A stretch of DNA of 64,000 bases from assembly GCA_045606265.1 (NCBI GenBank), contig JAZURO010000032.1, positions 4,430 to 68,429 on the forward strand, read 5' to 3'. Made by a program: the position numbers and the translations under genes. The DNA is from Eubacteriales bacterium (lineage in GTDB: Bacteria; Bacillota; Clostridia; Oscillospirales; CAG-272). Positions 58,191-64,000 of this stretch are shown piece after piece. Below the pieces are notes generated by a model. The model was given only the letters and a program-made list of their open reading frames with translations. It was not told where the DNA came from and did not search any database. Position 1 is the stretch's first letter. Each line of letters opens with the position of its first letter.

Positions 58191-59195
58191 TTACAGTATA
58201 TTAATTCCTTTTTCTTCACAAAATTTGTGATCCCTTTCGCTCCAAAATGAAGACTGAACTTCACCGATATGTGCTTTTCTTAAAAAGAACATACACATTC
58301 TTGATTGACCTATTCCTCCGCCAATTGTATAAGGCAATTCACCGGATAGTAATGCTTTGTGGAAAGGCAAAGATTCCCTTTCCTCACAATTACTTTCAGC
58401 AAGCTGTTTTCTCATGGCATTCTCATCAACACGAATTCCCATTGAGGAAAGCTCAAGAGCTATATCCAGCACAGGATAGTAAACCAATATATCACCGTTC
58501 AAGCTCCAATCGTCATAGTCAGGTGCTCTGCCGTCGTGCTTTTCTCCCGATTTTAGTTTTCCACCGATTTGCATAAGAAAAACAGCCTTCTTTTCTTTGC
58601 AAATCTGATACTCTCTATCCTTGGGAGAAAGCGCCGGATACTTATCTTCAAGCTCCTGTGAGGTAACAAACTCTATCTCCTCCGGCAAAATCTTTCCGAT
58701 AAACGGATATTCACTTGATATGTAAATCTCCGTATGTCTTAAAGCACGGTAAATGGATTTTACTGTTTTTTTAAGGGTATATTCGTTTCGCTCACTTTTA
58801 TCAATTATACGCTCCCAGTCCCATTGATCTACAAACATTGAATGAATATTATCAAGCTCCTCATCTCTGCGTATTGCGTTCATATCGGTGTACAATCCCT
58901 CGTGAAGATTGAATTTGTAAGTTTTCAAAGCCATTCGCTTCCACTTCGCCAAGGAATGAACTATCTCAAGCTGTTCGCCGCTGCAAACGTCAAATGAAAC
59001 GGGTCTTTCATGACCGTTAAGATTATCATTAAGACCGCTGTTGGACAAAACAAATATTGGCGCTGACACACGGGTCAGATTCAATTCGACAGCAAGTTGA
59101 CGCTCAAAAAAGTCTTTGACTTTTTTGATGGCAACCTCTGTTTCTCTTAATGTTAACAATGATTTATAATCACTTGGAATAGAAAAATTTAGCAT
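58191..59195 (-). CDS. asnA: aspartate--ammonia ligase
   Basis: [18 protein letters not shown]..., class II aaRS-like core and [14 protein letters not shown]. The ATG at 59195 has GAGGA 5 nt upstream, whereas the ORF-track start at 59207 is a TTG. Confidence 0.9.
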   Translation of the reverse strand: MLNFSIPSDYKSLLTLRETEVAIKKVKDFFERQLAVELNLTRVSAPIFVLSNSGLNDNLNGHERPVSFDVCSGEQLEIVHSLAKWKRMALKTYKFNLHEGLYTDMNAIRRDEELDNIHSMFVDQWDWERIIDKSERNEYTLKKTVKSIYRALRHTEIYISSEYPFIGKILPEEIEFVTSQELEDKYPALSPKDREYQICKEKKAVFLMQIGGKLKSGEKHDGRAPDYDDWSLNGDILVYYPVLDIALELSSMGIRVDENAMRKQLAESNCEERESLPFHKALLSGELPYTIGGGIGQSRMCMFFLRKAHIGEVQSSFWSERDHKFCEEKGINIL

Positions 59196-59208
59196 ATTTA
59201 TCCTCAAT

Positions 59209-60081
59209 TTATCTCTTTAATTGAATCAATTCACAGAGCTTATCTGAAAGCTCTACGAATTCTGAAATTCCGAGTTTTTCGCCTCTTATATCGGGCTTGT
59301 GTCCGCACTCGGTTATAGCATTTGTAATCTCATCTTTATCAAGTTCACCAAAACAAGCAGACAAGGCATTGGGTAATGTTTTTCTTCTTTGCTCAAAGGC
59401 GCCTTTTATGGTTCTGAAAAGTGTTTTTTCATCTTTTGGAACATGGGGCTTTTCTTTATGAAGCTTAATTCTTACAACAGTTGAATTTACCTTTGGCGCA
59501 GGCATAAAATTACCTGCACTAACGGTAAAAAGCTTTTCGGCCACACCGTAATATGCGAGAACTGCGGTTATTGCCCCGTAGTCTGACGATCCTGCTTTTG
59601 CACACAAACGGTCTGCAACCTCCGATTGAATCATTATAGTGATATAATCAAACGGTAAACCGCATTCAAGCAGCTTCATTAATATCGGGGTGGTGATATA
59701 ATATGGCAGATTTGCGCAAACAGATACCTTGCCTTTTTCAAAATACGGTTTAAGCAGCTCGGCAAGATCTGCTTTCATAACGTCCTCGTTATATACCGTT
59801 ACATTAGTAAACTCACCAAGTGTATATTTAAGAACAGGAATAAGTCCGTGGTCAATTTCAAGGGCTACCACCTGCTCATATCTCATAGCGAGCTCGGTAG
59901 TTAAAGGGCCAATACCCGGACCTATTTCAAGAATAGAAGTTTCTACCGTATCGGCACAGTTATCTGCAATATCTTCAACCACACTACGGTTTATCAAAAA
60001 GTTTTGACCAAACTCTTTTCTGAACTTTATGTCAAAAACTGACATTATATGTTTTATTGTCTTTACGTCACAAAGATTCAT
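59209..60081 (-). CDS. rsmA: 16S rRNA (adenine1518/1519-N6)-dimethyltransferase
   Basis: [23 protein letters not shown] motif, [11 protein letters not shown]. Confidence 0.95.
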   Translation of the reverse strand: MNLCDVKTIKHIMSVFDIKFRKEFGQNFLINRSVVEDIADNCADTVETSILEIGPGIGPLTTELAMRYEQVVALEIDHGLIPVLKYTLGEFTNVTVYNEDVMKADLAELLKPYFEKGKVSVCANLPYYITTPILMKLLECGLPFDYITIMIQSEVADRLCAKAGSSDYGAITAVLAYYGVAEKLFTVSAGNFMPAPKVNSTVVRIKLHKEKPHVPKDEKTLFRTIKGAFEQRRKTLPNALSACFGELDKDEITNAITECGHKPDIRGEKLGISEFVELSDKLCELIQLKR

Positions 60082-60120
60082 ATTTTTCCTCGTAATTCAA
60101 AATAATTTTTATTCTATCAC

Positions 60121-60149
60121 TTGACAAATGAAGATTTAGGTGGTAGAAT
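60121..60149 (+). promoter_or_regulatory. sigma-A promoter with extended -10 (TTGACA-17-TGgTAGAAT) for the tRNA
   Basis: ttgaca 60121-60126; tg at 60141-60142; tagaat 60144-60149; the tRNA starts 15 nt downstream. Confidence 0.65.
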
Positions 60150-60163
60150 ATAAAGGTCAATTC

Positions 60164-60239
60164 GCTAGTGTAGCACAGTCGGTAGTGCAGCTGATTCGTA
60201 ATCAGCAGGTCGAAAGTTCGAGTCTTTTCACTAGCTCCA
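60164..60239 (+). tRNA. tRNA-Thr (anticodon CGU), CCA encoded
   Basis: Hand-folded cloverleaf: acceptor gctagtg/cactagc, D stem gcac/gtgc, anticodon stem gctga/tcagc with loop ttCGTaa, T stem gaaag/ctttt with loop ttcgagt, discriminator t, then cca. Confidence 0.9.
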
Positions 60240-60244
60240 ACATA

Positions 60245-60280
60245 GCCATCACACAAACCGTGTTTGTGTGATGGCTTTTT
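60245..60280 (+). terminator. intrinsic terminator after the tRNA
   Basis: gccatcacacaaac-cgt-gtttgtgtgatggc (14 bp) followed by TTTTT. Confidence 0.85.
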
Positions 60281-60397
60281 CTATATCCATATCAGTCATT
60301 ATATACCATTTTTAAGAAAAATGCAAGGTCTTATCAATATTTTGTGGAAACTTTCATATATTTTACAAAATGATTAAGTACAACGGAGGAAACCGTT

Positions 60398-61318
60398 TTG
60401 AATAATGATAAACCTTTCTTATCCTTTGATAAGCCCTTTGACCACTCAGAATTAATTAAAAAAGTAGATATAATAAATTCGGAATATCCTTATCTATCTG
60501 TTAGTAGTTTGGGTAAAACAATATTAGGAAAAAGTATCCCTTTAATCACATTCGGCAGCGGAGATAAAAACATACTTTACATTGGCGCTCATCACGGAAT
60601 GGAGTGGATTACGAGCGCTTTACTTCTCAAGTATGTAAAGGATATTTGCAAGGATTACAGCATAGGTGCCAATGTTTTTGGCATATCGGCAAAAATCCTG
60701 TTTGAAACGAGAAAAATACACATTGTACCAATGCTTAATCCTGATGGAGTAGAATACGCAATTCACGGAGTATCAAAGGATAATATACTTAAAGAAAGGT
60801 TAATTAAAATGAACCAAAGCAACGATTTTTCGCACTGGCAATCAAACGCTAGGGGCGTTGATCTGAATCACAACTACAATTCCGGTTTTTATGAGTATAA
60901 GGTAGTTGAAAAGAAACTTGATATATATAACGGTGCTCCGACCAAATACAGCGGTGAGTATCCAGAAAGTGAGCCGGAAACCCGTGCGATTTGCAATTAC
61001 GTCAGATGGATAAAACCCGAATTGGTTCTCACGCTTCACACTCAGGGTGAAGAGATATATTACACAAGCGGTGAAAAAACCTGTGACAATTCATTAATAC
61101 TTGCCAAAACCTTATCACGTCTTACGGGATATAAAATCTCACTCCCTACGAACACAGCGAGATATGGGGGATTTACAGATTGGTTCATCGAGGAGTTTAA
61201 TAAACCCTCATTCACATTAGAGTGCGGACTTGGACGAAATCCACTTCCGTTTTCAGACTTTGATAAAATATACACACAAATTAAAAGAGCATTATTCACA
61301 ATGCCAATACTAATTTGA
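60398..61318 (+). CDS. M14-family zinc peptidase (gamma-D-glutamyl-meso-diaminopimelate peptidase-like)
   Basis: GAHHGMEWIT (HxxE zinc motif), NPDG, DLNHNY, LTLHTQGEEIYY. TTG start with GGAGG 9 nt upstream and no in-frame ATG nearby. Confidence 0.8.
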   Translation: MNNDKPFLSFDKPFDHSELIKKVDIINSEYPYLSVSSLGKTILGKSIPLITFGSGDKNILYIGAHHGMEWITSALLLKYVKDICKDYSIGANVFGISAKILFETRKIHIVPMLNPDGVEYAIHGVSKDNILKERLIKMNQSNDFSHWQSNARGVDLNHNYNSGFYEYKVVEKKLDIYNGAPTKYSGEYPESEPETRAICNYVRWIKPELVLTLHTQGEEIYYTSGEKTCDNSLILAKTLSRLTGYKISLPTNTARYGGFTDWFIEEFNKPSFTLECGLGRNPLPFSDFDKIYTQIKRALFTMPILI

Positions 61319-61346
61319 AGGAATCGTGTAAAAACGATTCCTTTTT
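61318..61346 (+). terminator. intrinsic terminator after the peptidase gene
   Basis: aaggaatcgt-gtaaaa-acgattcctt followed by a T-run. Confidence 0.75.
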
Positions 61347-61514
61347 ATTGCCTTTTTAGACAAATTTTTACTATAATATTTATGCATATTGACAAAATAA
61401 CATTGTTAATTATTTAACTTTTGAATAACTATTGATTTTTATATAATATTTGTGCTATAATTACTACGTTTGAGCTGTATATATATTAATATGAAGATTT
61501 TTGGGAGGGTAAAA

Positions 61515-61787
61515 ATGAATGGAGCTTACAGCGCACTTTATGTTGTAAACATCATATTTCAATCTATTTTTACTCTGCTGCTCCACATTGGAGGAGGTGT
61601 GCTTCTTTCTTGGCTTTTAGTAGATAAATGCGGATTGCCAAGCTGGATATATGCAGTCATTATAACTATCACGGTTTTTTCAGGGCTGTTCTCGATGATC
61701 AGGTTTATTCTTTCTGCAATGCGTGCCTTAGATAACCTTGAAAAAGCTCGTAAGGAGAAACGGAGAAAAAATGAAGACAAAAAATAA
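61515..61787 (+). CDS. AtpZ-like small membrane protein (ATPase_gene1 family)
   Basis: Two TM helices and a basic tail; first gene of the atp cluster. GGGAGG lies 5 nt before the ATG at 61515. Confidence 0.6.
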   Translation: MNGAYSALYVVNIIFQSIFTLLLHIGGGVLLSWLLVDKCGLPSWIYAVIITITVFSGLFSMIRFILSAMRALDNLEKARKEKRRKNEDKK

Positions 61788-62223
61788 GAATTCATATATT
61801 GATTCGGTATATTTGGCAATAGGTGAGGCTATCGTTTCCCTTTTGGTGGTTTTAGTTTATATTGCTATAAATATGTTCGATTGGACCATCGCTACCGGTA
61901 CTATTCTCGGCTCGGCGGTAACGGTCGCAAACTTTTTGATACTCGCCTATTCTGTTAATAAGGCAATAAACAAATTTATTGACTTGCGTGGCGACGGCGA
62001 AATGAGTGAGGAAGAAGCAGAAAAATTTGCCAAAGCAAATTCTTTGAAAGTACAAAATGCGGTTACTAAATCTTACATTTTAAGAACCGGTCTTATGATG
62101 GGCTCACTTGTATTAGCATTGCTTACCGGATGGTTTGATCCGATAGCAACTCTTATACCTCTTGCAATGTACAAGCCCCTTCTCTACGTAACTCAATTTA
62201 TTAAGCAAAGGAGAGGTGAATAG
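61771..62223 (+). CDS. atpI: ATP synthase protein I
   Basis: About 150-aa four-TM protein directly upstream of atpB. The ATG at 61771 follows GGAGAAAAA and overlaps the preceding gene by 17 nt. Confidence 0.65.
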   Translation: MKTKNKNSYIDSVYLAIGEAIVSLLVVLVYIAINMFDWTIATGTILGSAVTVANFLILAYSVNKAINKFIDLRGDGEMSEEEAEKFAKANSLKVQNAVTKSYILRTGLMMGSLVLALLTGWFDPIATLIPLAMYKPLLYVTQFIKQRRGE

Positions 62224-62225
62224 AT

Positions 62226-63035
62226 TTGGAAATATCGGTTAACGGCCCAAAGGTTTTCGTCAGAATTGACGAGCTTTATAACAAGTTCGCCGGAACAATG
62301 GTTGATATCTTCGGTAACTTTGGAAATCTTATTACTCAAACCACGGTATCCCTGTTCGTTGTAACTGTATTGCTTATGATACTCGCACGTGTGGCTACAA
62401 AGAAAATAGAAAAACGTCCCGGTGCCGTTCAGGTTTTGGTGGAAAAAGTAATCAATATGCTCTATAACCTCGTTGAGCAAACAATGGGTAAGCATAATTT
62501 GAAATTTGCTCCCTATATCGGTACATTATTTATCACTTGTATGATGGGTAGCTTGATCGGAACAACTCAGATTTTCCGTTCTACTACCGCAGACTTCTCC
62601 GTTACATTGGCATACGCACTTGTAACGTCAGTTATGGTTTGGTATCACAACATTAAAGCAAACGGTTTCTTGGGTTGGCTTAAAGGATTTACAGAGCCCA
62701 TATTTATTATGACACCAATGAACCTTATCAGTGAGATCGCACAGCCAATTGCTATGGCTTTCCGTCACTTCGGTAACGTTGCAGGCGGTGGCGTTCTTAC
62801 CACCCTTATTTATGGGGCACTTACTGTGGCAACGCAAGCCCTGTTCAGTTGGTTGCCCGCAAAAATTGCGGAAATGATTCCTCCCTTCCTTCAAGCAGGT
62901 ATCCCCGCATTCCTTTCGTTGTATTTCGACTTTTTCTCCGCCTTCGTTCAGGCATTCGTATTTTGTCTGTTAACGATGGTTTACGTCGCAGGAGCTTGCC
63001 CTCCTCCGGCTGAAGAAAGCGTCGATGCAAAATAA
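62226..63035 (+). CDS. atpB: F0F1 ATP synthase subunit a
   Basis: ISEIAQPIAMAFRHFGNVAGG (essential Arg region). TTG start with GGAGAGGTGA upstream. Confidence 0.9.
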   Translation: MEISVNGPKVFVRIDELYNKFAGTMVDIFGNFGNLITQTTVSLFVVTVLLMILARVATKKIEKRPGAVQVLVEKVINMLYNLVEQTMGKHNLKFAPYIGTLFITCMMGSLIGTTQIFRSTTADFSVTLAYALVTSVMVWYHNIKANGFLGWLKGFTEPIFIMTPMNLISEIAQPIAMAFRHFGNVAGGGVLTTLIYGALTVATQALFSWLPAKIAEMIPPFLQAGIPAFLSLYFDFFSAFVQAFVFCLLTMVYVAGACPPPAEESVDAK

Positions 63036-63080
63036 ATAACAAAGTTCAAAAAAATTTAAATTAAAAAGGAGAAATTAAAA

Positions 63081-63317
63081 ATGGATGTAAACGCAGCAAG
63101 AGCACTTGGTGCAGCAATTTGTATGGGAATCGGTTCTATCGCTCCCGCTATCGGTGAGGGTCTCGCAGTATGTAAAACACTTGAATCTATGGCTCGCCAG
63201 CCCGAAATCGCAGGCGACCTTCGTACAACTATGATTCTTGGTTGTGCCGTTACCGAAACAACAGGTATCTACTCACTCGTAGTTTCCCTTCTTCTCATCT
63301 TCGTTGGTGTAAACTAA
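63081..63317 (+). CDS. atpE: F0F1 ATP synthase subunit c
   Basis: 78-aa hairpin protein; ARQPE loop and ion-binding AVTETTGIYSLVV helix. Confidence 0.95.
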   Translation: MDVNAARALGAAICMGIGSIAPAIGEGLAVCKTLESMARQPEIAGDLRTTMILGCAVTETTGIYSLVVSLLLIFVGVN

Positions 63318-63344
63318 TATTGTATTTTTATTAAGGAGAACACA

Positions 63345-63869
63345 ATGAGTATTGTATTAGTAGAAGCTGAAACCGCTTTTGAATCATTTGTCGGTGTTAA
63401 TGTCTGGACAATGATTTTTGCTTGGTGTAATCTACTTATTCTTTATTTGTTCTTAAAAAAGATACTTTTCAAGCCTATGAAAAAAATGATTGATTCAAGG
63501 CAAAAAGAAGTTGATGATATGTATGAAAACGCTGCTACCGCCGAAAAGCAGGCAAACGAAATGAAAGAATCTTATGAACAAAAGCTGAATAAAGCTAACG
63601 AAGAAAGCGAAGAAATTCTTAAAACCGCCCTTCGCCGCGCTCAGCTGAAAGAAGAAGAAATCATTCGTGATGCTCAAGGCGAGGCATCAAGAATTTACGA
63701 ACGCGCTCAGGAGCAGATTGATCTTGAAAAGAAACGTGCCCTCAGCGAAGTTAAGGATGAGGTTTCCGGAATGGCTATTGAAATTGCAGGCGCAGTTATC
63801 GGCCGCGAGGTTTCAGAAAAAGAACACTCCGAATTCATAGATTCCTTCATTAATAGTGTTGGTGATTAA
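63345..63869 (+). CDS. atpF: F0F1 ATP synthase subunit b
   Basis: One N-terminal TM followed by a long charged coiled-coil; position in the operon. Confidence 0.9.
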   Translation: MSIVLVEAETAFESFVGVNVWTMIFAWCNLLILYLFLKKILFKPMKKMIDSRQKEVDDMYENAATAEKQANEMKESYEQKLNKANEESEEILKTALRRAQLKEEEIIRDAQGEASRIYERAQEQIDLEKKRALSEVKDEVSGMAIEIAGAVIGREVSEKEHSEFIDSFINSVGD

Positions 63870-63870
63870 T

Positions 63871-64000
63871 ATGACCTATATTGATAACAATGCTAAAAAT
63901 TACGGCGATGCGCTGTTTATGCTTGCGAACGAGCTTGGAGAGATAGACGTTGTAAAAACGGATTTCGATACTCTTTGCGAGGCGATTGAGCATAATTCAG
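63871..64000 (+). CDS. atpH: F0F1 ATP synthase subunit delta, C-terminus cut by window edge
   Basis: ATG at 63871, 1 nt after the atpF stop; MTYIDNNAKNYGDALFMLANELGE... resembles the OSCP/delta N-terminus; operon order. Confidence 0.8.
   Translation, partial: MTYIDNNAKNYGDALFMLANELGEIDVVKTDFDTLCEAIEHNS

Noticed and set aside
60068-60256. 62-aa ORF on the minus strand
   Set aside because: It runs antisense straight through the tRNA-Thr gene and its promoter, so it is an ORF-caller artefact.
60164-60397. tRNA-Thr as a possible integration hotspot for a mobile element
   Set aside because: There is no integrase or recombinase ORF on either side. The flanking genes are housekeeping (rsmA, M14 peptidase, atp operon), and I noticed no repeat of the tRNA 3' end.
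1-64000. Looked for CRISPR arrays, IS elements, prophage genes, restriction-modification or other defence genes and toxin-antitoxin pairs
   Set aside because: No regularly spaced repeats were seen, and there are no transposase, integrase, reverse-transcriptase or nuclease-type ORFs. Every gap above about 150 nt is accounted for by promoters and terminators.

Overview
AT-rich chromosomal core segment of a Clostridia-type endospore former. Sporulation genes present: spoIIID, dpaA/dpaB, yabP/yabQ/divIC, a SpoVB/YabM-like flippase and two DD-carboxypeptidases. Coding density is very high, and about 30 kb (21.4-51.1 kb) is a single run of minus-strand genes with many 1-14 nt overlaps. Most of the window is housekeeping: ispE, pgm, pgi, nrdDG, trxB, hup, mazG, relA, recJ, dtd, cdaA, yebC, argS/argR, nadK, tlyA, ispA, xseAB, nusB, uxuAB, ireB, ribF, asnA, rsmA, one tRNA-Thr(CGU) and the start of the F0F1 atp operon. 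I found no CRISPR array, transposase, integrase, prophage or recognisable defence or toxin-antitoxin genes. The least ordinary locus is a compact seven-gene type IV filament operon on the minus strand (8.0-14.1 kb). Its order is pilin, then a 413-aa soluble protein of unknown architecture, a second pilin, a 65-aa PilX-N-like protein, then PilD, PilC and PilB. It has a consensus promoter and a GC-rich leader hairpin, and no PilN/PilO/PilT in the window. Secondary observations: an 11-bp inverted repeat abutting the start codon of a bile-salt-hydrolase-family gene; tandem NrdR-like boxes over the nrdDG promoter; an orphan 135-aa P-loop protein; a MarR regulator with a CGECCC tail and a palindrome at its own promoter upstream of a heterodimeric ABC exporter; and a cdaA / short YbbR / FAD-protein trio joined by ATGA overlaps. 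All protein calls come from reading motifs in the supplied translations, since no database search was possible. Several starts were moved inward from the ORF-track maxima on the basis of Shine-Dalgarno spacing.
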